64,000 nt of DNA from Candidatus Krumholzibacteriota bacterium (GCA_022711765.1 JAKLEB010000002.1:1120620-1184619), one strand, 5' to 3'; numbered from the stretch's first letter, positions 26,544 through 39,567 are shown. Made by a program: numbers and translations. The notes: generated by a model from the letters alone, not told the origin.

Positions 26544-29500
26544 CGTCGTTCGCCGGCTGTTGGACGATTTCGGACGTCGCCGTCCGGCGCCGGCGGCCGG
26601 CCAGAATCAGCCGCGGGCGGCCGAGAACGCGCGGGGTCGCCCGGCAGGGCTGCGCGCCGGAACCCGGGCGGTGGTGCGGCGTCTCGTCTACGCCGGGTTC
26701 GCGCTGCTGGCCGGCGCGCTCCTGCTGACGATCTCCTGGACCGAGCCGCCGCGAGCCCCGGCGCCGCGCCACGCGCCGGGAGGGACCCTGCCGGCGACGG
26801 CGGGAGGCCGGCGCGCGGCCCGGGACGCGGCCGCTTCGCGCGCCTGGCGCGACACCACGCTCGCGGGCGCGGGCGTCCGCGCCCCGCTCGTCGCGGCGGC
26901 GACGATCCCGCTTGCCCTGCGGCAATCCGCCGGCACGGTCCCTCGCCGGGCCGGACCGTCGCGCCTTGCGCCCTGGTCCGCGAACCGGCTGCTCGCGGAT
27001 CCCACGCACATGAACGACGAGCACGTTGCGCTCGTCGCGGATCCCGTGACCGGACGCCTGTTCGCCGCGTTCGCGTCCTACGACCTCGGCGGCAGCGACC
27101 GCGACATCCACATCGCGAGCAGCGCCGACCACGGCGCGACCTGGACCGTGCGGGAGTTGCCGTCCTCGAGCCTCGACGAGGCCCAGCCCGATCTCGCCCT
27201 CGACGACGCGGGCTACCTCCACGCGGTCTGGGTCCGCGCGGACGGCGCGCTCGTGCGCGCGCGGTCGGCCGGACCCGGGGACATCGAGCACTGGGCGTTC
27301 ACGCGCGTCTTCGAGGTCGGCGAGCCCGTCGCCGTGCCGTCGATCGCCGTGTCCGGCAGCGGCGACTTCGCGCGCGTGTTCATCGCCTGTTCGTGGTACA
27401 CGGTCAACTGGGACTGGTACCAGCACGAGTACACGCTGCTGTGGCTCTTCTCGACGAACGGCGCGCAGACCGTCGCCTACGACTACCTCGTGCCGGACGG
27501 CTACCAGGATCTCTGGCCGGACGTCGCGATCGACGAAGCCACGGTCTACCTCGTCAACGGCGAGCAGGATCCCGGCACCGGGCGCATCCGCATCCTCGCG
27601 GCGGCCGACGCGATCTCGGGCACGTTCGTCGACTACGTCGACCTGACGCAGTCCACGCCGATGTCCAGCGGCTTTCCGGCCGTCGCGGCCGACGGCGAGA
27701 AGGTCTACCTCGTCTACCAGCTGGACTGGGACGACGGCCTCGGCAACCTCGACGGCGACGTCATGTACTGCTTTTCCTGGGACGGGCTCGCCACGGTCTA
27801 CGGCCCCTACGACCTGATGGCCACGCCGAGCGAGAGCGTGGGGCCGGTCGTGTTCGCGCGCGACGGCCTCGTGGGGTGCCTGTGGCTCGAGGCGCCGTCC
27901 GGCGGCGACGAGTTCGATCTCGCGGCCCGCCTGGCGTCGCTCGACGGCCATCCCGACTTCTGGAGCGAGCCGGAGACCGTCACCGACCTGCCCATGGTCG
28001 CGCCGCAATTCCGGTCGGCCGCCGGCGTCGCGGGCGGTCCCGGGCTGGTCGCCGCGTGGATCGACCGGCGCGATTTCGCGACCCAGGGCTTCAACGTCTA
28101 CACGAGCGGGCGTGGCCTGTCGCCGGACCTCGCGCCGTACGCGCCGGCCGGCTGGGAGCAGCCGCTCGTGGTGTCGATGGTGGAGGGCGAGCGGGCGGAC
28201 GGGATCCTCGCGGCCGGATTCCCGGCGTACGCGAGCCTGGCGATCGCGAACCTCGGCCACACCGGCGCGGCGGCGCCCGTCGAGACCGAGCTGTGGCTCG
28301 ACGGCGCGCGCGTCGGGTCGTGGACGCTCGCCAGCGGCCTGCCCCCGGCGACCTGCGCGACGGTGACCGACCACGCGCTCGACCTCGCGGCCGGCGCCCA
28401 CATTTTGACCCTGCGGATCGACCCCGCCGGCCGCATCGCCGAGAGCGACGAAACGGACAACGAGCTGGTCAAGGACATCTGGGTCACGACCGCGGAACCG
28501 CGCCTCGAGCTCTCGCCGGCGAGCCTGCGCTTCGACGCCGCGGCGCCCGCGACCGCGCCGCCGCCGTCCCGCCGCGTCGTCGCCGAGCGCGTCATCGAGC
28601 TGCGGCTCGACGAGGCGCTGGCGCGCGCCGGCGCCGGCGAGCGGCTGCGCGTGGTCGTGGGTCCGGTGGACCGGCTCGACCCGGCCGCGCTCGCGTCCCT
28701 GGGGCGAGCGGCCGCCGTCGCGGCGCTCAAGCGCCACGCGGCGCGTACCGGCGCCGAGCTCACGAGCCGCGCCGACGTTTCCCTGCGGCCGCTATGGCTT
28801 TCCGGCGAGCTGGTGGGCGAGCTGTCGGCGGACGAGGTGGCGGCGCTCGCGGTCCTGCCCGAGGTCGGCAGCCTTTGGCTCGACGACCGGCGCAGCGAGT
28901 ACCTCGGCGGGCCGGGCGACCCCCTGCTCGACCCGCTGGCGATGGACGAGCCGTCGCGCGCGACGTGGCCGCTGGAGATGCTGAACGTGCCCGGCACCTG
29001 GAGCCAGGGCCTGGACGGCAGCGGCATCCTGGTCGGCCACACGGACAGCGGCGTGGCGTACGACCACCCGGATCTCGCCGGCCGCCTCTGGGACGGCGGC
29101 CCCGAGTTCCCGCACCACGGCTACGACTTCCTCGACGAGGACGACGATCCCTACGATCCCGGCACCGGCGACTTCTGGCACGGCACCCACACCGCCGGCC
29201 TCGTGGTGAGCGCGAGCCACGGGGCGGCGCCGGGCGCCCGGCTGCTGATCACGCGCTGCGTGCCCGGCTATTACGAGGACATGGTGCAGGCGCTGCAGTT
29301 CTGCCTGGACCACGGCTGCCGCGTCATCACGACCAGCGCGGGCTGGACCCAGGCGAGCGAGCCGCTCAGGACCGCGAACCGGATCAACGCCGAGGTCCTG
29401 CTCGCGCTGGGCGTCGCCTGGTTCGTCGCCGCCGGCAACGGCGACAACTACGGCGGCCACCTCGCGATCCCCCACGACATAGGGTCGCCGGCGGATTGTC

Positions 29501-30483
29501 CGCATCCGTGGTTCGGGGCGGCCGGCCACACGGCGGCGATCGCCGTCGGCGCGGTGACCCAGACGGGCGAGGTCTGGGCTCCGTCGAGCCGCGGTCCGGC
29601 CGCCTGGGACCTGGCCGGCGACAGCGGATTCGACGACTACCAGTATCCGCCGGGACTGGGGAAGCCGGACCTCGCGGCGCCCGGCGCGGAGATCGTCTCG
29701 ACGATCGGCGACGCCGGTTACGCCGCCTACAGCGGCACCAGCATGGCGACGCCGCTGGTGGCCGGGTGCGCGGCGATCCTGCTCGAGGCCAACCCGACGC
29801 TCACGCCGGTGGAGCTCGCCGCGGCGCTGGAGCAGACCGCGGCGGATCTGGGTGCGGCCGGACGCGACTACGACACCGGGGCCGGACTCGTCGACGCGCC
29901 GGCCGCCGTGGCCGCGCTGCCCGCGAGCCAGGCGGCGTTCGTGCACGTCCGCAACACGGGCGGCGCCCCGCTGGTGATCGCCGGCGTCACGACGGCGGCG
30001 GCATGGCTGTCCGTCGCGCCGGCGGCCGGCATCGTCGCGCCCGGCGACTCCCTCAGGCTGGCCGTCTCCTGGGACGCAAGTGGCCTTTCGGAAGGCGCTT
30101 ACTTCACGGATCTGAGATTCGACTCCAACGATCCGGCCACTCCCGCGTCCCTGCCGGTCACCCTCCTCGTCGGCACCGTAATCGCCGTCGAGGAGGGCGC
30201 GCCCGCGCCGGTGCGCGACCTGGTCGCGTATCCGAATCCGTTCAATCCCCGGACGCTCGTGCGCTTCGAGGTCGGCGCCGCGGGCCCGGTCTCGCTGCGC
30301 ATCTTCGACGCGCGCGGGCGGCTGGTCCGCGATCTCGTGGCGGCCGACCTTGCGGCCGGACCTCACGAGGTCGCGTGGGACGGCCGCGACCAGGCGGCGC
30401 GACCGTGCGCGGCCGGCGTCTACCTCGCGCGGCTCGTCACGCCCGGCATCGTGCAATCCGGACGGATGCTCCTGGTGCGGTAG
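26527..30483 (+). CDS. Secreted subtilisin-like (S8) serine peptidase with an N-terminal BNR-like region and a T9SS/FlgD-Ig-like C-terminal domain
   Basis: ORF in the track, 1318 aa. S8 motifs HGTHTAGLV and [22 protein letters not shown] motif. C-terminus [15 protein letters not shown]...[13 protein letters not shown]...[22 protein letters not shown]. Start uncertain: it overlaps the divergent alkA start, and a GTG at about 26671 is possible. Confidence 0.65.
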   Translation: MAPIYTVVRRLLDDFGRRRPAPAAGQNQPRAAENARGRPAGLRAGTRAVVRRLVYAGFALLAGALLLTISWTEPPRAPAPRHAPGGTLPATAGGRRAARDAAASRAWRDTTLAGAGVRAPLVAAATIPLALRQSAGTVPRRAGPSRLAPWSANRLLADPTHMNDEHVALVADPVTGRLFAAFASYDLGGSDRDIHIASSADHGATWTVRELPSSSLDEAQPDLALDDAGYLHAVWVRADGALVRARSAGPGDIEHWAFTRVFEVGEPVAVPSIAVSGSGDFARVFIACSWYTVNWDWYQHEYTLLWLFSTNGAQTVAYDYLVPDGYQDLWPDVAIDEATVYLVNGEQDPGTGRIRILAAADAISGTFVDYVDLTQSTPMSSGFPAVAADGEKVYLVYQLDWDDGLGNLDGDVMYCFSWDGLATVYGPYDLMATPSESVGPVVFARDGLVGCLWLEAPSGGDEFDLAARLASLDGHPDFWSEPETVTDLPMVAPQFRSAAGVAGGPGLVAAWIDRRDFATQGFNVYTSGRGLSPDLAPYAPAGWEQPLVVSMVEGERADGILAAGFPAYASLAIANLGHTGAAAPVETELWLDGARVGSWTLASGLPPATCATVTDHALDLAAGAHILTLRIDPAGRIAESDETDNELVKDIWVTTAEPRLELSPASLRFDAAAPATAPPPSRRVVAERVIELRLDEALARAGAGERLRVVVGPVDRLDPAALASLGRAAAVAALKRHAARTGAELTSRADVSLRPLWLSGELVGELSADEVAALAVLPEVGSLWLDDRRSEYLGGPGDPLLDPLAMDEPSRATWPLEMLNVPGTWSQGLDGSGILVGHTDSGVAYDHPDLAGRLWDGGPEFPHHGYDFLDEDDDPYDPGTGDFWHGTHTAGLVVSASHGAAPGARLLITRCVPGYYEDMVQALQFCLDHGCRVITTSAGWTQASEPLRTANRINAEVLLALGVAWFVAAGNGDNYGGHLAIPHDIGSPADCPHPWFGAAGHTAAIAVGAVTQTGEVWAPSSRGPAAWDLAGDSGFDDYQYPPGLGKPDLAAPGAEIVSTIGDAGYAAYSGTSMATPLVAGCAAILLEANPTLTPVELAAALEQTAADLGAAGRDYDTGAGLVDAPAAVAALPASQAAFVHVRNTGGAPLVIAGVTTAAAWLSVAPAAGIVAPGDSLRLAVSWDASGLSEGAYFTDLRFDSNDPATPASLPVTLLVGTVIAVEEGAPAPVRDLVAYPNPFNPRTLVRFEVGAAGPVSLRIFDARGRLVRDLVAADLAAGPHEVAWDGRDQAARPCAAGVYLARLVTPGIVQSGRMLLVR

Positions 30484-30644
30484 CGCGACACCGCCCGGCA
30501 GAGCCGCCCGGTCGGGACACCGCCCGCCGCCACGCGAATAATCCCCGCCGATTCCGGGTTTTCTGTTCCGGACGATCCGCGTCTGATCTAGAGTGGTCGG
30601 ATCGTGAACCCGTTCGCGGACCCGAGCGCAGCGAGGTGGGGGAC

Positions 30645-31241
30645 ATGATGGAATGGTGGGGCGCCTTGACGCTCGAGCTGCAGATCTTCTACGGCGTCGG
30701 CATCCTGGCGACGGTCCTGCTCGTCATCCAGCTGATCATGAACATGGTGGGCGCGGGCGACGACGGCGGCGGTCTCGACCTCGGCGGCGGCGATCACGCG
30801 ATCCTCGACGGCGCCCCCGATCTCGAGCACGGAAGCGGTCTCGGGCTCGTGTCCGCGCGCACGGTCATCGCCTTCCTCGCCGGATTCGGCTGGACCGGCG
30901 CGCTCGCGCGCACGGGCGGCCTGGGACTGCTGCCGTCGGTGCTCGCCGCGCTCGTCGTCGGCTTCGGGCTGATGCTCCTGATCTTCTGGCTGATGCGCGG
31001 CCTCTACTCGTTGCGGCAGAGCGGCACCCTGGATTACCGCAACGCCGTGGGGGCGGTCGGTACGGTCTACGTGAAGGTCCCGGCCGCCGGCGAGGGCACG
31101 GGGCAGATCCAGGTCGTGGTCCAGGGCCGCCTGGCGACCGTCGCCGCGGCCACCGAGGGCGCGGCGGCGATCGCGAGCGGCCGCCAGGTCAAGGTCGTCA
31201 AGCTGCTCGCCGGCAACACGGTCCTGGTCGAAGCCATCTGA
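30645..31241 (+). CDS. NfeD-like membrane protein (YuaF/NfeD family), partner of flotillin
   Basis: 3' end of the spurious long track ORF 25725..31241. Real start is the ATG at 30645 (MMEWWGALTL...) with a GAGGTGGGGGA ribosome-binding site. Two TM segments plus a C-terminal OB-fold. Lies directly upstream of flotillin. Confidence 0.7.
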   Translation: MMEWWGALTLELQIFYGVGILATVLLVIQLIMNMVGAGDDGGGLDLGGGDHAILDGAPDLEHGSGLGLVSARTVIAFLAGFGWTGALARTGGLGLLPSVLAALVVGFGLMLLIFWLMRGLYSLRQSGTLDYRNAVGAVGTVYVKVPAAGEGTGQIQVVVQGRLATVAAATEGAAAIASGRQVKVVKLLAGNTVLVEAI

Positions 31242-31283
31242 ACGCGGCCGGCCGGATCGCGGCGGCCATGAGGGGGACTCGTC

Positions 31284-32717
31284 ATGGGCGGATTCGAATT
31301 CCTGATTCTGATCGCCACCGTCGTCCTGATCTTCTTCGTGACCCTGATCAGTTTCGCGACCCGCTTCAAGCGATGTCCCTCGGACAAGATCCTCGTCGTC
31401 TACGGCAAGATCGGCGGCAAGGGCGCCAACCAGTCGGCGAAGTGCATCCACGGCGGCGCGACCTTCGTCTGGCCGGTCCTGCAGGACCACGCCTTCCTCG
31501 ACCTGACGCCGATCCCGATCGACATCAAGCTCGAGGGCGCGCTCTCGCAGCAGAACATCCGCGTCAACACGCCGTCGACCTTCACGGTGGGCATCGCGAC
31601 CGAGCCGGGCGTGATGCAGAACGCCGCCGAGCGGTTGCTGGGCCTCACTCTCCAGAACGTCCAGGAGCTGGCGCGCGACATCATCTTCGGCCAGATGCGC
31701 GTCGTCATCGCGACGATGTCCATCGAGGAGATCAACGCGGACCGCGAGAAGCTGATCGACAACATCACCAAGGGCGTCGAATCGGAGCTGCAGAAGGTCG
31801 GCCTGCGGCTGATCAACGTGAACGTCCAGGACATCACCGACGAGTCCGGCTACATCGAAGCGCTCGGCAAGGAAGCCGCCGCGCGCGCGATCAACGAGGC
31901 CAAGAAGAAGGTGGCCGAGCAGCTGCGCGACGGCGAGATCGGCAAGGCGGAGGCCGAGCGGGAGCAGCGCATCAAGGTCGCGGCCGCCCACGCGACGGCG
32001 GTCGAGGGGGAGAACGTCGCCAAGGTCACGATCGCGAACTCGGACGCCGAGCGGCGCGAGCGGACGGCGGAGGCCGAACGCCGGGCGACCGCCGCCGAGA
32101 AGGTGCAATCGGCCCAGGCGCTCCAGGAAGCCTACACCGCCGAAGGGCTGGCCGAGCGGGAGCGCGCCCAGCGGGAAGAGGCGACCCAGGTCGCCAACAT
32201 CATCGTGCCCGCCCAGATCGAGAAGCGGCGGATCGAGACGATCGCCGAGGCCGAGGCCGAACGCATCCGCCGCACCAAGCGCGGCGAGGCCGACGGCATC
32301 CTGTCGGTCATGACCGCCGAGGCGGACGGCCTCAAGGCCATCCTCACCCGCAAGGCCGCTGGCTTCGCGGACATCGTCAAGTCCGCCGAGGACAAGGCGG
32401 AGCTGGCGGCCCTGCTCCTGATCACCGAGCAGATGCCGAAATTGATCGAGGAGCAGGTCAAGGCCATCGCCAATCTCAAGATCGACCAGATCACGGTCTG
32501 GGAGGGCGGGCGCAAGGCGGACGGCCGCACGTCGACCGCGGACTTCCTGTCCGGGATGATCGGCTCGCTGCCGCCGCTGCACGAGCTCACGCGCAACGTC
32601 GGGATCGACCTGCCGCAGTATCTGGGCAAGCTGAGCGAGCAGCGGTCGAGCGGCGGCGGCCCGGCGGCGCCGTCGGCGGACGCGCCTCGCCCGGCGCCTC
32701 GGGACGACGCGCCGTAG
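31284..32717 (+). CDS. floT: Flotillin (SPFH/band-7 domain, FloT/YuaG-like)
   Basis: ORF in the track, 477 aa. N-terminal TM, SPFH domain, long EA-rich coiled-coil repeats. Confidence 0.85.
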   Translation: MGGFEFLILIATVVLIFFVTLISFATRFKRCPSDKILVVYGKIGGKGANQSAKCIHGGATFVWPVLQDHAFLDLTPIPIDIKLEGALSQQNIRVNTPSTFTVGIATEPGVMQNAAERLLGLTLQNVQELARDIIFGQMRVVIATMSIEEINADREKLIDNITKGVESELQKVGLRLINVNVQDITDESGYIEALGKEAAARAINEAKKKVAEQLRDGEIGKAEAEREQRIKVAAAHATAVEGENVAKVTIANSDAERRERTAEAERRATAAEKVQSAQALQEAYTAEGLAERERAQREEATQVANIIVPAQIEKRRIETIAEAEAERIRRTKRGEADGILSVMTAEADGLKAILTRKAAGFADIVKSAEDKAELAALLLITEQMPKLIEEQVKAIANLKIDQITVWEGGRKADGRTSTADFLSGMIGSLPPLHELTRNVGIDLPQYLGKLSEQRSSGGGPAAPSADAPRPAPRDDAP

Positions 32718-32787
32718 GGGGTGGCCTCCGGCGGCGGCGGCCTTCGCGCGACCGGCGTATCTTGTCGTCGTGCGAGGAGGCTGCCGA

Positions 32788-33270
32788 ATGAAAAGATCGA
32801 TTCCATTCGCGGTGATGCTGCTCGCGACGGCGGGCGCCGCCGCCGGGCCGCAGCCGCCGGAGGAGCCAGCGGTGGAATACAACGCCCTGACCCCGGAGGA
32901 GCGGCGCGTCATCCTGGACAAGGGCACCGAACGTCCCTTCTCCGGCGAGTACGAAGCGCACTGGCAGGCGGGCACGTACCTCTGCAAGCAGTGCAACGCG
33001 CCGCTGTACCGATCGAGCGACAAGTTCGACGCCCGCTGCGGCTGGCCGAGTTTCGACGATGAGATCGCCGGCGCGGTCAACCGCCGCACGGATCGGGACG
33101 GGCATCGCACCGAGATCCTCTGCGCGAACTGCGGGGGACATCTCGGCCACGTGTTCCTCGGCGAGGGATTCACCGCCAAGGACACGCGGCACTGCGTCAA
33201 TTCGATCTCGCTCGCCTTCGTGCCGGACGGCGAGCCGCTGCCCGAGGTGATCCGCCCCGCGGCGCCCTGA
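32788..33270 (+). CDS. msrB: Peptide-methionine (R)-S-oxide reductase MsrB with a signal peptide
   Basis: ORF 32770..33270. Start placed at the ATG at 32788 ([20 protein letters not shown]) after a GAGGAGG ribosome-binding site. Zn-binding CxxC pairs (CKQCNAP...[12 protein letters not shown]) and the CGWPSF motif. Confidence 0.8.
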   Translation: MKRSIPFAVMLLATAGAAAGPQPPEEPAVEYNALTPEERRVILDKGTERPFSGEYEAHWQAGTYLCKQCNAPLYRSSDKFDARCGWPSFDDEIAGAVNRRTDRDGHRTEILCANCGGHLGHVFLGEGFTAKDTRHCVNSISLAFVPDGEPLPEVIRPAAP

Positions 33271-33457
33271 CCGGGAGCCTTGCAGGTTGCAGATCTGCGA
33301 GTTTGGTACTATTGTTGCTAAGCAGGCCGCGGGCGAAGAACTGCTCGCGGCCGTCCACTACCGACGATTTCCTGCATCCAATCTCGGCACCCAAGCCTGT
33401 TTGAGCGCGATCCGAGACGAAGCAGCCGTAGATCTCGGGTCAGCGAAACAGGAGTTC

Positions 33458-34720
<1,263 letters not shown>

Positions 34721-34755
34721 CACCGCGCCCGCGGCGGCGCCGATCGTCCGGACGG

Positions 34756-34790
34756 AACCGGTCCCCGGGGGGGCCGGTTTCGCGGTTTTG
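34756..34790 (+). terminator. Candidate terminator after the helicase gene
   Basis: AACCGGTCCCC/GGGGGCCGGTT imperfect hairpin followed by TTTCGCGGTTTTGG. Confidence 0.35.
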
Positions 34791-34873
34791 GCGGGAAGTT
34801 CTCAATGTTTCCCGAAAGGTGCCGATAGGGTTGGTCAAGCCCTCAGTTCGGACCCGACACGCTGGACTGGACC

Positions 34874-37800
34874 ATGACCCGCGAGCGCCTCTCTATCGCC
34901 GTCTGCGCGTTCCTCGCCCTCGCCTCCGGAGCGCTCGGCCTGCCGGCCGATCGCCGGCCGTCCCAGTACGTCCACGACCGCTGGGACAAGGAGGACGGTC
35001 TTCCGCTCGACATGGTCGGCGCCGTCCAGCAGACGTCCGACGGCTACCTCTGGCTCGCGACCCAGCAGGGCGTCGCCCGTTACGACGGACTGGCGTTCAC
35101 CGTCTATGACGCGCTCAGCACGCCGGCCTACCCGCACAAGCAGGCCGAGACGGTGTTCGCGCAGGGCGACAGCCTGTGGATCGGCGGCAGCAACGGCGTG
35201 GCGCTGCTGCACGACGGCCGGGTCGAGTGCTGGAACCGGGGCGAGACCGCGCCGGCGGCCCCGGTCCAGATCCTGGCGGCGACCAGCGATGGTCGGGTCT
35301 ACGCCGGGACGACCAACGGACTCGCGCAACTGATCGGCGGCCGGTTCAGCTTGCTCGACCAGCAGGATCCGGTCCTGGGCTCCGAGGTGCGGGCGCTCGC
35401 CTGCGACGGCGCCGGCCGCGTCTGGGTCGGCACGCGGGGCGGCCTGGCCATCATCGGTCCGGCAGGGGTCACGACGCACGGCGACGGCCCCTGGCTCACT
35501 CCCGAGGGAGTGCTGGGGCTGGCCCAGGGGCGGGACGGCCGCATGTGGGTCGCGACGGCGGTCGGACTCTGGCGCACCGAGGGAGGGCTGCTGGTCCGCG
35601 TGGAGATCCGTGGCGATCCGTATCCGGGCGGGATGATCTGGTCGATCATGGAGGACAGCCAGGGCGTGCTCTGGATCTGCGCGGAGAATCGCGGGCTCTT
35701 CCGCCTGCTCGGCGGCCAGCTGGAGAGCGTCACCGACGACGGCGGCCTGGTCGATGCGATCACCGCGTACGAGGATCCCCAGGGCACCCTCTGGATCGGC
35801 AGCTTCGGCAGCGGCCTCCACCGGTTCCGGGCCGGCCCGTTCGTGTCGTGGGCCGAGGCGGAAGGCCTGTCCGGGGACGCGGTCCGCGTCGTGTGCGCCG
35901 CGCACGACGGCGGCGTCTGGATTTCGACGTACGGCGCCGGGCTCGATCACCTGCGCGACGGCGTGTTGACCCGCTACGGGGTCGCGGAGGGTGTGCCCCC
36001 GGGCAACGTCGGCGCCCTCATGGAAGACCGCCGGGGCCGGCTGTGGGTCGGCGTCAGCGAGGGGATCGCGGTCCTGGAAGAGGATGGGCGGTTCCATCCC
36101 GTCAAGGTCCCGGAGAATCTCGCGTACGGCGGCGTGCGCTCCATGCTCGAGGACAGCCGCGGGAATCTCTGGTTCGGCACCCGGATGCAGGGAGTCTTCC
36201 GGATCTCGCCCACCGGCGTCCGCCAGTTCACGAGCGCCGACGGACTCTCGAGCGAGGTCGCCCGGGGCGGTCTGCTCGAGCTCGACGACGGCGCGATCCT
36301 GGTCGGCACCGACGGCGGCGTGAATGTGATCCGCGGGGATCGGGTCGAGGTTCTGGGGCCGGCCCAGGGCGTACCGGAAGGCCTGATCCTCTGCATGTAC
36401 CGGGATTCGCGGGGCGACGTGTGGATCGGCGGCCCCGGCGCCGGCCTGGTGCGCCTGCGCGGCGGTCGCGGGCAAGTGTTCGGACTGAAGGACGGCCTGA
36501 TCGACGACGCGCTGTTCGGTTTCCTCGAGGACGAGAGCGGGCGGCTCTGGGTCGCGAGCAACAGCGGCGTGTTCAGCTTCCATCGCGAGAGCTTCGATCG
36601 CTTCGCCAGCGGCGAGAAGGCCACGATCTCGTGTCGTCTCTACGGCCGCGGCGACGGACTCAAGAACAGCGAGTGCAACGGCGGCTGCACGCCCGCCGTG
36701 GCGGCCGACCGTTCCGGCGTCCTCTGGTTCGCGACCAACGGCGGGGTCGCGGCGGTGGATCCGCGCCTGGTCGCCGAACGGCCGCCCAGCCCGCCCGTGC
36801 TGCTCCAGGAGGCGTCGCTCAGCGGCGCGCCGTATCCGGTCGATCAGCCGGTCCAGGTCAGGCCGGGCAGCGGCGATCTGGTCTTCACCTACACGGCCAT
36901 CGCGCTCAACGAGGCCGAAGAGGTTCGCTTCCGCTACATGCTCGAGGGCTACGACGAGGAATGGACCCAGGCCGGCACCCGGCGGCAAGCCATCTACACG
37001 AACATCCCGCCGGGCGACTATCGCTTCCGCGTCCAGGTCACCGACCTCGGCGGACAGGTGGGCCGGGCCGAGACCACGCTCTCGTTCCGCCTGCAGCCGT
37101 ACTTCTACCAGTCGGTGTGGTTCTACGCGGCGGTCCTTTTCAGCGGCGGAGTGTTGCTCGTCGGCGTGCTGGTGCAGCGCGAGCGCCGGCGGCTCCTCCG
37201 CGAGCGCGAGCTCGAGGCGCAGGTCACCGCCCGCACGCGCGAACTGCAGGAGGCGAAGGAACTGGCCGAGGCGGCGAATCGATCCCGCGGCGAGTTCCTG
37301 GCCAACATGAGCCACGAGATCCGGACGCCCCTCAACGCGGTCATGGGCATGACGGAGCTCGTGCTGGAGACCGACCTCGACGCCGATCAACGCGAATGCC
37401 TGGCGACGGTCCAGTCGTCGGGGCGCACCCTCCTCGCTCTGATCAACGACATCCTCGACTTCTCGAAGATCGACGCCGGCCGCCTGGAGCTCGAGCAGGC
37501 GCCGTTCAGCCTGCGGCAGTGCGTGGACCGCACGCTCGCGCTCCTGCGGGTCAAGGCGGAAGCCCGCGGCCTGGACCTGCAGGGCAGCGTCGACGACGTG
37601 TGTCCGGATGGTCTGGTGGGGGACGCGGTCCGCCTGCAGCAGGTGCTGGTCAATCTGCTCGGCAACGCGCTCAAGTTCACGGAGCGGGGGCGGGTCACGC
37701 TCCGGGTCACGCCCGCGGCCGGCCCGTTCTGGCGTGCGGGCGATCTCGCGCGGCTGCATCTCGCCGTCGCCGACACGGGCATCGGGATCCCTCCGGCCAA

Positions 37801-38431
37801 GCAGAAGGTGATCTTCGAAGCTTTCCGGCAGGCCGACGGCTCGACGACCCGCCGGTTCGGCGGCACCGGGCTGGGCCTGTCCATCTCCGCCAGCCTGGTG
37901 CGGCTGATGGGCGGCGAGCTGAGTGTCACCAGTCGCGAGGGCGAGGGCAGCACGTTCTACTTCGAGGCCGCGTTCGCGCTGGCCGCCGAGAGCGGCGTTC
38001 CCGAGCGCGAGGTGGCCACGTCCGCGGCGGCGGGCCATGCGTCGTGGAAGGTGCTCGTGGCGGAGGACAATCCGGTGAATCAGAAGGTGATCCGCCTGGT
38101 GCTGGAGCGCCTCGGCCACCAGGTGGTCGTGGTCGGCGACGGTCGCGAGGCCCTCGAGCGCAGCGCGGACCCGTCGATCGACCTGGTGCTGATGGACCTG
38201 CAGATGCCGGTGATGGACGGTCTCGAGGCGACGACGGCGATCCGCGCGCGCGAGGCGGCCGGCGGGGGCCGCCGTCTGCCGGTCGTGGCGCTCACGGCGC
38301 GCGCGATGCGCGACGACACGCAGGCTTGCCAGGCGGCCGGCATGGACGGCTTCGTCGCGAAGCCCGTGGCGCGGGATCAGCTGGTCGCGGCGATGGCCGC
38401 GGCGATGGCCGGCGAACCTCAGGTCGCCTGA
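34874..38431 (+). CDS. Hybrid sensor histidine kinase with a periplasmic beta-propeller (two-component regulator propeller + Y_Y_Y) sensor and a C-terminal receiver
   Basis: ORF in the track, 1185 aa. Signal peptide and ~700 aa of propeller repeats. TM segment YFYQSVWFYAAVLFSGGVLLVGVLV. HisKA (NMSHEIRTPLN), HATPase_c and a receiver (DLVLMDLQMPVMDG). Confidence 0.85.
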   Translation: MTRERLSIAVCAFLALASGALGLPADRRPSQYVHDRWDKEDGLPLDMVGAVQQTSDGYLWLATQQGVARYDGLAFTVYDALSTPAYPHKQAETVFAQGDSLWIGGSNGVALLHDGRVECWNRGETAPAAPVQILAATSDGRVYAGTTNGLAQLIGGRFSLLDQQDPVLGSEVRALACDGAGRVWVGTRGGLAIIGPAGVTTHGDGPWLTPEGVLGLAQGRDGRMWVATAVGLWRTEGGLLVRVEIRGDPYPGGMIWSIMEDSQGVLWICAENRGLFRLLGGQLESVTDDGGLVDAITAYEDPQGTLWIGSFGSGLHRFRAGPFVSWAEAEGLSGDAVRVVCAAHDGGVWISTYGAGLDHLRDGVLTRYGVAEGVPPGNVGALMEDRRGRLWVGVSEGIAVLEEDGRFHPVKVPENLAYGGVRSMLEDSRGNLWFGTRMQGVFRISPTGVRQFTSADGLSSEVARGGLLELDDGAILVGTDGGVNVIRGDRVEVLGPAQGVPEGLILCMYRDSRGDVWIGGPGAGLVRLRGGRGQVFGLKDGLIDDALFGFLEDESGRLWVASNSGVFSFHRESFDRFASGEKATISCRLYGRGDGLKNSECNGGCTPAVAADRSGVLWFATNGGVAAVDPRLVAERPPSPPVLLQEASLSGAPYPVDQPVQVRPGSGDLVFTYTAIALNEAEEVRFRYMLEGYDEEWTQAGTRRQAIYTNIPPGDYRFRVQVTDLGGQVGRAETTLSFRLQPYFYQSVWFYAAVLFSGGVLLVGVLVQRERRRLLRERELEAQVTARTRELQEAKELAEAANRSRGEFLANMSHEIRTPLNAVMGMTELVLETDLDADQRECLATVQSSGRTLLALINDILDFSKIDAGRLELEQAPFSLRQCVDRTLALLRVKAEARGLDLQGSVDDVCPDGLVGDAVRLQQVLVNLLGNALKFTERGRVTLRVTPAAGPFWRAGDLARLHLAVADTGIGIPPAKQKVIFEAFRQADGSTTRRFGGTGLGLSISASLVRLMGGELSVTSREGEGSTFYFEAAFALAAESGVPEREVATSAAAGHASWKVLVAEDNPVNQKVIRLVLERLGHQVVVVGDGREALERSADPSIDLVLMDLQMPVMDGLEATTAIRAREAAGGGRRLPVVALTARAMRDDTQACQAAGMDGFVAKPVARDQLVAAMAAAMAGEPQVA

Positions 38432-38573
38432 GCCGTGGCCCGGGGCCGGGCCCGCGGGCGCCGGACGCCCCGGCCGGCGGCCAGCCCGGCGGCCGCCCGG
38501 GACCGAGGGACGGGGCCGTCCCCGGGGGCTTCCGGGAGTTTTGCGGGCTAGGAATATTCTTGCACATGGAGCA

Positions 38574-38603
38574 TTGCCTGTCCGGCGGACCCTATGTTAT
38601 AAT
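38574..38603 (+). promoter_or_regulatory. Extended -10 promoter for the dockerin-protein gene
   Basis: -35-like TTGCCT (38574-38579), 18-nt spacer, TGtTATAAT (38595-38603), in a locally AT-richer stretch ~85 nt upstream of the ATG at 38689. Confidence 0.45.
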
Positions 38604-38688
38604 CTCACCAAGCCTCAAGCAGTGGTGCGCCATGACCGGGGCGCCGCAGCATGTTACACCTGAAGTGATCCGATTGGTGGAGGTCGTC

Positions 38689-39297
38689 ATGAATCGTTGC
38701 GCTTGCCTCGTTTTCGCGCTCATCCTCGCCGCAGTGCCGGCCCTGGCGAACATTCCGTTCCCTGACCTGTGCGTGCTGGACAACCCGGTCGGTACCGACG
38801 GGGCGACGGTATTCACCCTGCCCAACGGCGCGGGTGCGGCGTTCACGAACGCCAAGCTGGCCGGTTCGACCGTTGACGCCACGCTGACCCTGACCGTGGT
38901 CAACTCCGATGGCAACGCCATCGCCGACTACCCGGCCGAGGACATGTGGCTGGTCTCGACCGCCGGTGGACTCGTCACCTGCGGCAACGCCGTTGCCGAC
39001 GCGGCGACCGACGTCAACGGGATGACGGTGTGGCAGCAGCCGCTCAATGGCGGCGGGCACAGCCTCACCGAGGACGCTCAGGCGATCATCTTCGGCGATC
39101 CGGTCCCGAACACGGCCGCGGTGCACTTCGTGAGCGCGGACATCAACGGTGACCTCACCGTCAACCTTTCCGACATCACGGTCTTCACCCAGGCGCTGAG
39201 CGTCTACAACGCCATCGCTGACTTCAACAACGACGGCGTGGTCAACCTGTCCGATATCACCCTGATGACCCAGGGCATCGGCACGACCTGCCCGTAG
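38689..39297 (+). CDS. Small secreted protein (202 aa) with a C-terminal pair of dockerin type I-like Ca-binding repeats
   Basis: 3' end of the spurious track ORF 35176..39297. Real start is the ATG at 38689 (MNRCACLVFALILAAVPALA signal) with a GGTGGAGG ribosome-binding site. Repeats DINGDLTVNLSDITVFTQAL and DFNNDGVVNLSDITLMTQ. Confidence 0.65.
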   Translation: MNRCACLVFALILAAVPALANIPFPDLCVLDNPVGTDGATVFTLPNGAGAAFTNAKLAGSTVDATLTLTVVNSDGNAIADYPAEDMWLVSTAGGLVTCGNAVADAATDVNGMTVWQQPLNGGGHSLTEDAQAIIFGDPVPNTAAVHFVSADINGDLTVNLSDITVFTQALSVYNAIADFNNDGVVNLSDITLMTQGIGTTCP

Positions 39298-39327
39298 ACC
39301 CGTCGTTTCGACACTCGGTCCGGTTGC

Positions 39328-39359
39328 GACGCCCGCCTCGATCGAACGAGGCGGGCGTC
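39328..39359 (+). terminator. Terminator-like hairpin after the dockerin-protein gene
   Basis: Perfect 13-bp stem GACGCCCGCCTCG / CGAGGCGGGCGTC with loop ATCGAA, 31 nt after the stop. No clear U-tract. Confidence 0.45.
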
Positions 39360-39567
39360 CGCGTTCACGGCGGCGGTGGCCGTGGACCTGGAGTCCACCC
39401 CTCCGACGGGCGGCGCCGTGCCGCCGGCGTCGCCGGGGGCCCCAATTTTGATCCTCGCGGAATTGGAAAATCCGTGTCGGATTGGCTATCCTTGCCGGAG
39501 CGCCGCGATCGCCGCCCGCCGGGGGCGGCGGTCTGCCGGACGGCGCCGGCAACCAGGGAGGTCTCTC

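Noticed and set aside
33271-33457. 187-bp 5' region of the DEAD-box helicase as a possible cis-regulatory RNA (cold-shock-type leader)
   Set aside because: Only weak, short palindromes (GCAGATCTGC; GCCGCG...CGCGGC). No convincing conserved structure is visible without comparative data. Left as an untested possibility.
39440-39567. Promoter for the DUF1015-serA-serC operon (TTGATC / TTGGAA candidates)
   Set aside because: No -10 element with acceptable spacing could be identified by eye, so no feature is reported.
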